Source of the DNA: an uncultured Actinomycetota bacterium
GTDB taxonomy: Bacteria; Actinomycetota; Actinomycetes; Propionibacteriales; Nocardioidaceae
Assembly (NCBI GenBank): GCA_963756795.1
Contig: CAVWPK010000012.1
Span: 495,194-559,193 of the forward strand
Direction: 5' to 3'
Length of the DNA stretch: 64,000 nt
Within the stretch, counting starts at the first letter, position 1. Each line of letters starts with the position of its first letter. Below are positions 53,044-62,081 of the stretch, in pieces. The position numbers and the translations under genes were made by a program. The notes beneath the pieces are model-generated. The model was not told the origin of the DNA. It did not search any database and saw only the letters and a list, made by a program, of their open reading frames with translations.

Positions 53044-53340
53044 TCACAAGGAGATGTCGACCTCGGCGATGCTGCCCACCGCCGCCTGCACGGTGCGGTC
53101 GACCGGCTCGACGCCGGGGACCAGGGTGCGGAGGGTCCACTCGCCGTCGCCGGCGAAGAACCGGAAGTGACCGGTAGCGGACACCGGAACCTCCGCGGTG
53201 AACTCGCCGGTCCGGTCGAGCAGCCGGACGTAGCCGGTGCTGACCGGCTCACCGCTCCTGGTCACCTGACCCTGGACGATCGCCTCGACCTTGGTGTTGA
53301 CGCCGTCGAGCGACAGGCCGCCCTCGGTTGCTCCGCACAT
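53044..53340 (-). CDS. DUF1416 (SseC-like) protein
   Basis: MCGA, GYVRLLD..GEFTAEV, G.FRFFA..GEWTLR; follows sseA. Confidence 0.88.
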   Translation of the reverse strand: MCGATEGGLSLDGVNTKVEAIVQGQVTRSGEPVSTGYVRLLDRTGEFTAEVPVSATGHFRFFAGDGEWTLRTLVPGVEPVDRTVQAAVGSIAEVDISL

Positions 53341-53341
53341 C

Positions 53342-54190
53342 TCAGGCCTCACCCGGTTCGTCGCCCAGCGCGATCGGGACGCCGACCAGAGATCCGTACT
53401 CGGTCCACGATCCGTCGTAGTTCTTGACGTTCTCCTGGCCGAGGATCTCCTTGAGGACGAACCAGGTGTGGCTCGAACGCTCGCCGATCCGGCAGTAGGC
53501 GATCGTGTCCTTGGACCAGTCGACACCGGCCTCGGAGTAGATCTCCTTCAGCTCCTCGTCGGAGCGGAAGGTGCCGTCGTCGTTGGCCGCCTTGCTCCAC
53601 GGCACGTTGGCCGCAGTGGGGATGTGGCCCGCGCGCTGCGCCTGCTCCTGGGGGAGGTGGGCCGGAGCGAGGAGTCGGCCCGCGAACTCGTCGGGCGAGC
53701 GGACGTCCACCAGGTTCTGGGTGCCGATGGCCGCCACCGTCTCGTCGCGGAACGCCCGGATGGACAGGTCCTGCTCCTGAGCGGTGTACGACGTCGCGGC
53801 CCGGTCCGGTAGGTCGCTGACCAGTTCGCGGGAGTCGAGCTCCCACTTCTTGCGGCCGCCGTCGAGAAGCTTGACGTCCTGGTGACCGTAGAGCTTGAAG
53901 TACCAGTAGGCGTAGGCGGCGAACCAGTTGTTGTTGCCGCCGTACAGGACGACGGTGTCGTCGTTGGCGACGCCTCGCTGGGAGAGCAGCGCCTCGAACT
54001 GCGCCTTGCTGACGAAGTCGCGGCGCACCTGGTCCTGCAGGTCGGTGGTCCAGTCGAGCTTGATGGCGCCCTTGATGTGGCCCTTGTCGTAGGCGGTGGT
54101 GTCCTCGTCCACCTCGATCAGCACCACCTTCGGGTTGTCGAGGTTCTCCTCCACCCACGCGGCGGGGACCAGCGAGTTCTCGCGGCTCAT
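53342..54190 (-). CDS. sseA: Thiosulfate/3-mercaptopyruvate sulfurtransferase (CysA/SseA type)
   Basis: GHIKGA, YGGNNNWFAAY, DVRSPDEF, YCRIGERS, NYDGSWTEYG. Confidence 0.95.
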   Translation of the reverse strand: MSRENSLVPAAWVEENLDNPKVVLIEVDEDTTAYDKGHIKGAIKLDWTTDLQDQVRRDFVSKAQFEALLSQRGVANDDTVVLYGGNNNWFAAYAYWYFKLYGHQDVKLLDGGRKKWELDSRELVSDLPDRAATSYTAQEQDLSIRAFRDETVAAIGTQNLVDVRSPDEFAGRLLAPAHLPQEQAQRAGHIPTAANVPWSKAANDDGTFRSDEELKEIYSEAGVDWSKDTIAYCRIGERSSHTWFVLKEILGQENVKNYDGSWTEYGSLVGVPIALGDEPGEA

Positions 54191-54348
54191 GAGATGTGTT
54201 CCTTTGGTCGGTTCTTGGGGGACGAAAGCGGCTGACCCAGCACGACGCGGGAAGTCGAGGGCGCGGTCGGCAACCGAGCAGCAACGGGTGCCGGAGACGT
54301 ACGCCGGGTGTCAGCCAGGGCGGTGGAACCCGCCGGGATCAGACCCGC

Positions 54349-54426
54349 TCAGCGCAGCGGACACAGCGCCGAGCTGACGCGGCAGTTGTCCACCGCGCGT
54401 CGCTTGGTCAGCCAGGTCGTCCACAT
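54349..54426 (-). CDS. Leaderless Cys-containing leader peptide (Ms5788A-like), 25 aa MWTTWLTKRRAVDNCRVSSALCPLR
   Basis: Translated by hand. LTKRRAVDxCR motif, upstream of sseA, TAGGGT -10 located 7 nt before the ATG. Confidence 0.85.
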   Translation of the reverse strand: MWTTWLTKRRAVDNCRVSSALCPLR

Positions 54427-54595
54427 GACGGCCACCCTACGGCCGAGGCGCAGCCGATCCCACGCGTTGTCTCGCTAAGCGAGACTCGTGTCCGAATGAT
54501 GGGATGAGTCGCCGCCCATGGCTGTCGCCAGCATCGGTTCCGTTCGACCTCGGCAACCGAAGCGCGCCCGCAGGCTACCGCTGCGCCGGCAGCCG

Positions 54596-56428
54596 TCAGC
54601 AAGCGCTGCGCAGCGTCGTGGCCGACGAGCCCAGGAAGGCTCCTGGAGTCACGTCGAGCTCCACCGGGCCGGTCTGGCCCGGACCGGTGCGGAGCACGAA
54701 CTCGATCTCCTGCGTCTCGCCCCGGTCGAGCACCGTGACGACCTGGGCGACCGGTCGCCCGTCGAAGTCCTCGGTGACCACCGGGTCGAACGACCGCGAC
54801 TCGAGCGAGAGGTCCTCGATCTTCCCGTCGACGGGAGCCATCACGTAGACGGCGATCCGTTGCTGTCCGGGGTCGATCTCGTCGAAGAACCGGCCCCCGG
54901 GGAAGATGCCGGAGACCGACGGCGGAACCTCCAGCCCCTCGGGAACCGCATTGGTCAGCCGGATCGACCCGGCGACCTCCTGGGTGTACCCGGAGCAGGA
55001 GCGCGCGACCGCGACGGCTTCGTAGTCCAGGTAGTAGGTCATCTTGGACTCGAGCGCGTCGTTGACGTAGATCCCGACCTGGGCCTGCCCGTCCGCGGTC
55101 TCCAGCTCGCCGGCGATCTCGGTGTCGGCGATGTGCTCCTGCTCGGCGTCGACGAAGCTGTGCATCCGGATCCGACCCTCCGTGACGGCGGTGACCAAGG
55201 CACGGATCACTTCGACCGGGTCGCCGCGACCGGCAGCGAACGCGTTGAAGACCGCCTTGGCGACGGCGTTCTGGAAGTCCTCCTGCTTCGCCCGGTCGGT
55301 CACGGTGAGATAGATCTGGTTCTCGACCTTGGCGACGACGTCGACCGAGGTCACCGGCCCGTAGCCCGGTACGCCGACCGGGCCGGTCGCGGCGAGCAGG
55401 TAGGACACCGCGACCGGGTCGATGAAGAAGACGCCGTCGACGCGCCCGCCGAGCTCCTGCTGCCAGCGGGCCGCAGCGAACTTCGCTGCCCGGGTCGCGT
55501 CAGGAGTCATGCTGGCGTTCATGAACCACTGACCGAGAGTGGGTCCGAAGACCGCCTTCTCCCCGGGGGTGAGCGGGATGACGGGGCGGTTGATGGCGCC
55601 GTACTTGGAGGTTCCCTCCTGCTGGACGATCTCCACCTCGCCGGCGTCGGCGTGGATGAGCGAGATCGATCCGGCCAGGCCGCCCATGCTCCGCAGCTCC
55701 GCGTTGTTCTCGAACACGAGCAGGTGATCCCGCGCGGTCTCGGCGCCGAGCAGGCTGGGCATCAGGTCGGCGGCACGATAGGCGGAGCCGAGCGTCGCGC
55801 GGGCATCGAGGACGATGGACCGCAGCTCGGTGAAGCTGGTCGCGACGGGTCCGAGGAGTCCGCCCTCATCCACCGCCTCGAGCGCCGCGGCCGCGTCGTC
55901 GAACGCCTCCTCGCTCTCGCGGGCCGGCTCCCCGACAGACGAGATCGTCTCGAGAGGGAACCGGTTGTCCGCCGGGTTGAAGGAGCGTGCAGCGACCAGC
56001 TCGGCAGCGTCGACCAGCTGGGGGATGCCGTCGTTGCCGAGGTCGTCCAGCACCCGCGCGGCCGTGGCGACTGCCTCGGCATCGTCCCCGAAGCCCGGCA
56101 GCCGCTCGAGGGTCCACCACGTCGGACCGTCGGTGTGGCCGCGCGCACTGCCCGCGGCCGCCTGATAGCGCTCCAGCGCCCGGCTCGCACCGTCCGCGTC
56201 GCCGTTCTGGAGCTCCTGGCGCAGCAGCCGGGCGCTCCGCTCGACCTCGGTGAGGTCCTCGGCCGCTGACCACGCTGTCCAGCCGGCCCACATCAGAAAG
56301 AGGGCCACGACGACCGCTCCGCCGGCCAGCACCATCCGCGACGGGCGCTCCCGCAGCCAGGGCCAGAACGCCCGCAGTCCGCGTGGACGGCTGCGACGGC
56401 GGACCACGGGAGACACGCGGCACAGCAT
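54596..56428 (-). CDS. DUF4012 domain-containing membrane protein
   Basis: N-terminal TM, long helical region, FENNAELRSMGG..GS, IDPVAVSYLL..GPV, N....K..YYL. Confidence 0.88.
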   Translation of the reverse strand: MLCRVSPVVRRRSRPRGLRAFWPWLRERPSRMVLAGGAVVVALFLMWAGWTAWSAAEDLTEVERSARLLRQELQNGDADGASRALERYQAAAGSARGHTDGPTWWTLERLPGFGDDAEAVATAARVLDDLGNDGIPQLVDAAELVAARSFNPADNRFPLETISSVGEPARESEEAFDDAAAALEAVDEGGLLGPVATSFTELRSIVLDARATLGSAYRAADLMPSLLGAETARDHLLVFENNAELRSMGGLAGSISLIHADAGEVEIVQQEGTSKYGAINRPVIPLTPGEKAVFGPTLGQWFMNASMTPDATRAAKFAAARWQQELGGRVDGVFFIDPVAVSYLLAATGPVGVPGYGPVTSVDVVAKVENQIYLTVTDRAKQEDFQNAVAKAVFNAFAAGRGDPVEVIRALVTAVTEGRIRMHSFVDAEQEHIADTEIAGELETADGQAQVGIYVNDALESKMTYYLDYEAVAVARSCSGYTQEVAGSIRLTNAVPEGLEVPPSVSGIFPGGRFFDEIDPGQQRIAVYVMAPVDGKIEDLSLESRSFDPVVTEDFDGRPVAQVVTVLDRGETQEIEFVLRTGPGQTGPVELDVTPGAFLGSSATTLRSAC

Positions 56429-56566
56429 GCCATCCGCACAGCGATGTCCTCGCCCGCCCAGTCATCTCGTAGTATGCGTGAGCGGCGGGGAGGGCCCGCG
56501 TGACCGATCCGGAGTCGCCGCGTTCTTCAGATGCGGACGCAGTTGGTCGTCGAAGATTGAGGTGCC

Positions 56567-58087
56567 GTGGATTTCAAGCAGTTCTTGCTGGTACTGCGTC
56601 GTCGCTGGCGAAGTGTCGTCCTCGTCTTCCTGCTCGCCGTCGGAGTGGCCGGCGGGATCTCCTACGCCCTCACGCCGATGTATGAGTCGACGGCCAAGGT
56701 CTTCCTGTCCGTCAACACGAAGAGCGCCACCGACGCCTCTGCGGTGACGTACTTCCTCAACACCCGGGCCCAGTCCTACGCGGACCTCGCCCAGAGCTCT
56801 GAGCTGGCCGGGCGCGTGATCGAGGTGCTCGACCTCGACAAGACGCCGGCCGAGCTGTCGAGCCAGGTCTCGACCGAGGTGGTCGAGGAGACGTCCCTGA
56901 TCATGATCACCATCTCCGACGAGAACCCCAACGAGGCGCAGACGATCGCCGACGTGGTGACCAGCGAGTTCCAGGCCTACACCGAGGAGCTCGAGACTGT
57001 CGGCGACAGCGGCGAGTCGCAGGTGGTCGTCCACATCACCGACCCGCCCGAGTACGACGGCAGACCGGTCAGCCCCAACTGGCTGCTCAACATGCTCGCC
57101 GGTGGGCTGATCGGGCTGCTGGTCGGCCTGGCACTCGCCGTCTCCCGGGAGCTGCTCGACCGCACGGTGCGCACTGCCGACCACATCGCCGAGGTCACCG
57201 ATGCGCCCGTCCTCGCGAGCATCGGCTTCGACTCCGACATCCGATCCGCGCCGCTCCTCACGGACCTCGGCGCGTTCGCCGTCCGGACCGAGGCGTTCCG
57301 CCTCCTCCGCACGAACCTCCAGTTCATCGACCTCGACCAGCGGGCACGCGTGCTCGTCGTCACCAGCGCGGTGCCGGGCGAGGGCAAGACGATGACGTCG
57401 ACCAACCTGGCGGTCGCACTGGCCCAGACCGGTCGCACCGTGCTGATCATCGACGCCGACCTCCGACGGCCACGGGTGGCCAGCTCGCTCGGCGTCGACC
57501 CGGCCATCGGTCTGACGACCGCACTGGTCGGCAAGACCCAGATCGAGGACGCGATCCAGGTGCACGAGCCCAGCGGGCTGCACGTGCTCGCGAGCGGCGC
57601 CAAGCCGCCGAACCCGACCGAGATCCTCCAGTCGCGGGTGACCCACGACCTCATCCGGCGGTTGCGGCAGTCCTACGACATGATCATCATCGACGCGCCG
57701 CCGCTGCTGCCCGTCGCCGACGCCTCGGTGCTCTCGACGCTCGCCGACGGCTCGATCCTGGTCGTCCGGCACGCCCAGACCACGCGCGACCAGATCAAAG
57801 AAGCAGTCAACCGCGTCAACCAGGTCGGCGGTCGGTTGTACGGAGTCGTCGTCAACATGGTCGCGAAGCGGGCGATCGGCAGCTACTACTACTACTACTA
57901 CGAGGAGACGTCCCCGATGCGGGACGGCAAGGGCCGCAACAACACGCCGAAGGCCAAGGCGAAGGCCAAGGCGACGCCCAGGAGCACCGGCGGCACCCGC
58001 AAGGCGCTGACTCCCTCATCGTCCTCATCGTCATCTCCCGCTGAGGACAGCGCCCCGGAGGACGGCGGCAGGCGCAAGGCCGAGTAG
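56567..58087 (+). CDS. Polysaccharide co-polymerase / tyrosine autokinase (Wzc/CpsCD fusion)
   Basis: Wzz-like N-terminus, EAFR.LRTNL, Walker A SAVPGEGKT, IDADLRRP, IIDAPP, Tyr cluster SYYYYYYEE. Confidence 0.95.
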   Translation: MDFKQFLLVLRRRWRSVVLVFLLAVGVAGGISYALTPMYESTAKVFLSVNTKSATDASAVTYFLNTRAQSYADLAQSSELAGRVIEVLDLDKTPAELSSQVSTEVVEETSLIMITISDENPNEAQTIADVVTSEFQAYTEELETVGDSGESQVVVHITDPPEYDGRPVSPNWLLNMLAGGLIGLLVGLALAVSRELLDRTVRTADHIAEVTDAPVLASIGFDSDIRSAPLLTDLGAFAVRTEAFRLLRTNLQFIDLDQRARVLVVTSAVPGEGKTMTSTNLAVALAQTGRTVLIIDADLRRPRVASSLGVDPAIGLTTALVGKTQIEDAIQVHEPSGLHVLASGAKPPNPTEILQSRVTHDLIRRLRQSYDMIIIDAPPLLPVADASVLSTLADGSILVVRHAQTTRDQIKEAVNRVNQVGGRLYGVVVNMVAKRAIGSYYYYYYEETSPMRDGKGRNNTPKAKAKAKATPRSTGGTRKALTPSSSSSSSPAEDSAPEDGGRRKAE

Positions 58088-58089
58088 CC

Positions 58090-58674
58090 GTGCTGAGCAC
58101 GATCGAGGCAGACCTCCGCGCGAACGTCGACCACACGATCCGCACCGGGCTCGGTTTCTGGGTCTGGGTGATGGGCAAGGCGATCGTGGCACCGCAGGTG
58201 CAGGTCGTCGTACTCCACCGGTTCGCCTCGGCGCTGGCGCACACACCGCTGCGTCCGCTCGCCTTCCTCCTCCGCTCGATCGGCCTGGTGTGGTCCGGGG
58301 CGGAGATCCACCCCGACGCCGAGCTCGGACCGGGCCTCGCGCTGGTGCACTCCAACGGCGTGGTGATCGGTCCTGGCGTCCGCACCGGTGTCGACTGCCG
58401 GATCAACCCGGGCGTCGTCCTGGGGGAACCCGGCCGGGGCAGCTCGGGTGACTACGGCTTCCCCGTGCTCGGCGACCACGTGACGATCGGCGCACATGCC
58501 GTCGTGCTCGGCACCATCCACATCGGCGACGGCTCCGTCGTCGGCGCCAACTCCGTGGTCCGCGGTGACGTCCCCGCCAACGTTGTCGTCATCGGGTCGC
58601 CGACCAAGATCGTGCGCCGACTGGTGCCCTACGAGGACGACCCGACCCGCGCGACGGCGGCACCCGCCGGGTAA
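58090..58674 (+). CDS. Hexapeptide-repeat O-acetyltransferase (CysE/WcaB-like)
   Basis: EIHPDA.LGPGL...H, P.LGDHV.IG, IGDGSVVGANSVV..DVP. Confidence 0.88.
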   Translation: MLSTIEADLRANVDHTIRTGLGFWVWVMGKAIVAPQVQVVVLHRFASALAHTPLRPLAFLLRSIGLVWSGAEIHPDAELGPGLALVHSNGVVIGPGVRTGVDCRINPGVVLGEPGRGSSGDYGFPVLGDHVTIGAHAVVLGTIHIGDGSVVGANSVVRGDVPANVVVIGSPTKIVRRLVPYEDDPTRATAAPAG

Positions 58675-58716
58675 TCACCCGCCAATCACCCGCCAATCAC
58701 CCGCCAGTCGCCCGCT
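58673..58716 (+). repeat. 11-bp tandem repeat AATCACCCGCC x3 plus one degenerate copy
   Basis: Read directly; lies between convergent genes. Confidence 0.9.
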
Positions 58717-58726
58717 CATCGCCGGC

Positions 58727-59935
58727 TCAGCGAACGGCGAGCAGCTCCTCGAGCACGTCCTCCACCACGTCGACCGGGATGTCGATGTCGTCGACGATGC
58801 CCGTCGGCTCCCGGCCCTCGGGCAGCGTGCCGGCACCGACCAGGTAGCGGTAGTGGATGCCGCCGATCGCCTCGGCGATCGTCCAGAGTCCGAGGTGGAC
58901 ATAGCTGCCCGCGAACAGCTCGAGTACCCGGACCCCGGGGCGGCTCCAGGTGAGGTTCGTGAGCGCCGCGCCGTGGGGCGCGATGATCACCTCGGCGCCG
59001 AAGAAGACGTCGATCTGCTCCTGCACGGTCAGCGTGCCGGGGTCGAGCATGACGAAGCCCCGCGCCTCGAGCCGCGGCCAGAGCACGGACTCTTGGAGAT
59101 AGCGCCGCCCGCCGGGCTGCTGCCCGCGGGAGAGGTAGAGCCGGGCGGGGGTGCCGGTCCGTCCGCTCGGGGGCAGTCGCTTACGCAGCCACTCGGTGGC
59201 CGAGCGAGGCGCGTCGAGGTCCTGGTTGGGCGTGCTCGGGACCAGGAGCCGGTCGGCTCGGATGGTCCGGTCTGCGCGGGGCTGGACGAAGGGGCCGGTG
59301 ATCCCGGCCAGCTCCAGGATCTGGCGCTGGTAGCCGCTCTGGTGCGGCACCACGATCGCGTCGACCCGCTCGCCCGGAAGGGTCTCCTCGAAGATGCCGT
59401 AACGGGCGACCGCGTCGTAGAGGAAGTGGTAGTAGTTCACGGCCGTGCCACGGGCGGTGAGGCTCAGCACGGTGCCGGCGACATGCTCGATCTGGGGCAG
59501 CCGCGGCCCCAGGAAGACCGGGTGCTCGCGCCAGCCGGCGAGACCGAAGTAGCCACTGGTCTGGTAGTCGAGGATGCCGCCGGGCGTCACGGTCGCCGCG
59601 TAGTCGCCGACCAGCCGGCCGTCACGTACGTCGAGCAGATAGCGGGCCGGGATCTCGGCATGGCGACCGCGCTCGAAGACCCAGTGCCGGGGTGGCCGGC
59701 CCGAAGCGGGGCCGCGCTCGACGATCTCCGCCGGGCCGTCCGGGTGGAGCGTGACCGCGCCCGGCTCCCGTGCCGCCGTCTCGGCGGAGGCGACGGTCGC
59801 GGTGCGGGGCAGGCCGCGATCACCGAGCAGCCGGCCGAGTGGACGGAACACCACGCCGGCGAGCACGGACAGGAAGCGGTGCACCCGCTTGAGGACCGGC
59901 CACGCGGGCTGCAGCCTGGCGGGAAGTCTGCTCAC
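58727..59935 (-). CDS. Glycosyltransferase family 61 (DUF563) protein
   Basis: NYYHFLYD, LYLSR, EQIDVFFGAEVII.PHGAALTNL.W, VLELF. Confidence 0.9.
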   Translation of the reverse strand: MSRLPARLQPAWPVLKRVHRFLSVLAGVVFRPLGRLLGDRGLPRTATVASAETAAREPGAVTLHPDGPAEIVERGPASGRPPRHWVFERGRHAEIPARYLLDVRDGRLVGDYAATVTPGGILDYQTSGYFGLAGWREHPVFLGPRLPQIEHVAGTVLSLTARGTAVNYYHFLYDAVARYGIFEETLPGERVDAIVVPHQSGYQRQILELAGITGPFVQPRADRTIRADRLLVPSTPNQDLDAPRSATEWLRKRLPPSGRTGTPARLYLSRGQQPGGRRYLQESVLWPRLEARGFVMLDPGTLTVQEQIDVFFGAEVIIAPHGAALTNLTWSRPGVRVLELFAGSYVHLGLWTIAEAIGGIHYRYLVGAGTLPEGREPTGIVDDIDIPVDVVEDVLEELLAVR

Positions 59936-60975
59936 TGCCCCACCAGCCGGCGTACGACGCGCCAGACGACCGGGATCTCCAGCACCCGGCGCACCACGGC
60001 TCGCATCCAGAGCGGCCGGATCAGCCTGCGGGCCAGCCGCGAGAGCCGGCCGTCGGTCCGGAGCAGCACCAGCTCGAGCTCGCCCTCGGCGTCGCGGTTG
60101 AGCTCGACCACCGGCGGGTGCTGGAGCGGGAAGTCGAGCGACTCGGCCGGCACCGGCAGCTTGTCGGCCCGGGTGTGGGTCGCTCCCTCGCCGTACCCGT
60201 CGTGCTCGACGAGGTTGACGCACGGCATGACCGACAGCCCCTGGCGGGACATGATCGTCACCCACCAGTGGTGGTCCCAGCCGTAGCGGTCGCCGTCGGG
60301 CTCGGTGGACACGAACGTGAAGTGCCGCAGCGCGGCCTCGGTGACCAGCGCGTCGGGGTGGGGTACGGCGGGGTGGGTGCGCTGGGCGGGCGCGGTGCGG
60401 GGGATCTCGTCGACCCGGTCCTCGGCACCGGCATGGTCGCGGTTGAACTCGGCCCGGTGGTCGTGCCAGCGGTCCGCCCAGGTCGCCCAGCCCCACACGC
60501 TCGCCCAGGTGCTGAAGCCGTAGCTGTGGCCACCGAACATCTCCTTCGGGACCAGGTGGGTGTCCCCGCCGATCTGCCAGATCCGCTTCTCCTCGGCGTA
60601 ACGGCCGAGCAGCTCGTCGGCGTACCGGAAGAACGACGGGTCGGGGATGCAGTCGTCCTCGAGCACGATCGCCCGGTCGACCTGGGAGAACACCCAGTCG
60701 AGGCCGAGCTCGACGTTGGCCTCGAGCCCGAGGTTGCGCTCGGCGTACTTGCGCTCCACCTTGCACGGCCAGTCGATCTCGCCGACGAGGTCGCGTACGG
60801 CGGCGCACCGGGCAGCCTCGTCGGGCCGGTCGGGGCGCGGCCCGTCGGCGACGATGAACAGCTGCTCGGGCCGCACCTGTCGCAGCACCTCGAGGTTGCG
60901 CCGGGTGACGTCCGGGCGCCGGAAGACGATCAGGACGACCGGCGTCTGCAGCCCGTCAGCGGGCACGATCAGCAC
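59932..60975 (-). CDS. GT-A-fold nucleotide-diphospho-sugar transferase-like protein (HlpA-like)
   Basis: FRRPD, ADGPR, LEDDC.PDPSFF, WGWATWADRW, WDHHW. Confidence 0.75.
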   Translation of the reverse strand: MLIVPADGLQTPVVLIVFRRPDVTRRNLEVLRQVRPEQLFIVADGPRPDRPDEAARCAAVRDLVGEIDWPCKVERKYAERNLGLEANVELGLDWVFSQVDRAIVLEDDCIPDPSFFRYADELLGRYAEEKRIWQIGGDTHLVPKEMFGGHSYGFSTWASVWGWATWADRWHDHRAEFNRDHAGAEDRVDEIPRTAPAQRTHPAVPHPDALVTEAALRHFTFVSTEPDGDRYGWDHHWWVTIMSRQGLSVMPCVNLVEHDGYGEGATHTRADKLPVPAESLDFPLQHPPVVELNRDAEGELELVLLRTDGRLSRLARRLIRPLWMRAVVRRVLEIPVVWRVVRRLVGQ

Positions 60976-61996
60976 TCCTCTGTGTCATCCGGGAAGCGAC
61001 GCGCGCGGCACTGGTGGCGGCGCGGCTGTTGACCGCCGCCCGAGCGGCGCGGCGCAGTCTAGGCGACCTGATCAGCCTGCGGCCCAGTCGGGCCGCCGGG
61101 CCGCCGACCCGGTTGAGGTGGAGCTCCAGCTCGCGCTCGACGTCGACGTCGAGCGCCACCTGTTCCGGGTGGCGCAGCGGGAAGTCCATCGGCTCGGCCG
61201 GGTCGTCCTCGCGGCCCGGCGAGTACCCGTGGGTCGCGTCCTCCCCGAACCCGCTGTTGACGACCAGGTTCCCCGACGGTGCGATCGCCAGTCCCCCCTC
61301 GGACATGATCGTGATCCACCAGTGCTTGTCCCACCCGTGGGTGACCACGTCGGACGACCGAGCGGCCTCGGCGAAGTGCCGCTGACCGGCCCGGGTCACC
61401 AACGTCCCTGGCGCCGGTACGGCGGCCACGGTGCGGGTGGGCGCGTCACCGGCATCGGCGGCGGAGCGTCGTACGTGATCGCGCGGGAAGACGGCGCGGT
61501 GCCGCTGCCAGCGGTCGGCCCAGGTCGCCCAGCCCCAGACGCTCGCCCAGGTGCTGAAGGCATAGCTGTCGCCCTTGTAGAGCCTGCGTGGTACCCCGTG
61601 CCGGTTGCCGGCGATCTGCCACACCCGGTCGTCGTCGCGATAGCGGTCGAGGAGCTCCTCGGCGAACCGGAAGAAGGTCGGGTCCGGCGTGCAGTCGTCC
61701 TCGAAGATCATCGCCGCGGACACCTGCGAGAAGACCCAGTCGAGGCCGAGCTCGACGTTGCCCTCGACGCCGAGGTTGACCTCCGAGAAGCGCCGCCGGA
61801 CGTCGCACGGCCAGTCGATCTCGTCGAACACCGCTCGGGTCTCGGCGCACAGCGCCGCATCCTCGGGCCGGTCGTCGCGCGGTCCGTCCGCCACGAGGAA
61901 CACCTGCTGGGGTGCGGCTTCCCGGATCGCGGCGAGGGTGCGGCGAGCCAGGTGGGGGCGATTGAACGCGATCAGCACGACGGGCGTGGAGAGCAC
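60956..61996 (-). CDS. GT-A-fold transferase-like protein, paralog of the adjacent gene
   Basis: FNRPH, ADGPR, FEDDC.PDPTFF, WGWATWADRW, WDKHW. GTG 61996 follows an AGAAAGG RBS. Confidence 0.75.
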   Translation of the reverse strand: MLSTPVVLIAFNRPHLARRTLAAIREAAPQQVFLVADGPRDDRPEDAALCAETRAVFDEIDWPCDVRRRFSEVNLGVEGNVELGLDWVFSQVSAAMIFEDDCTPDPTFFRFAEELLDRYRDDDRVWQIAGNRHGVPRRLYKGDSYAFSTWASVWGWATWADRWQRHRAVFPRDHVRRSAADAGDAPTRTVAAVPAPGTLVTRAGQRHFAEAARSSDVVTHGWDKHWWITIMSEGGLAIAPSGNLVVNSGFGEDATHGYSPGREDDPAEPMDFPLRHPEQVALDVDVERELELHLNRVGGPAARLGRRLIRSPRLRRAARAAVNSRAATSAARVASRMTQRSADRAR

Positions 61997-62081
61997 GAAG
62001 GCCCCCGCCTTTCTGTCAGCCTTCCGGTCAGGTCGTGGATCATTCCACCAGACGCACGACCCTCGTTTACAGTTGCCCACT

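Noticed and set aside
58090-58674. True cysE (serine acetyltransferase for cysteine synthesis)
   Set aside because: It lacks the N-terminal SATase helical domain and is coupled to wzc, so a polysaccharide O-acetyltransferase is more likely.
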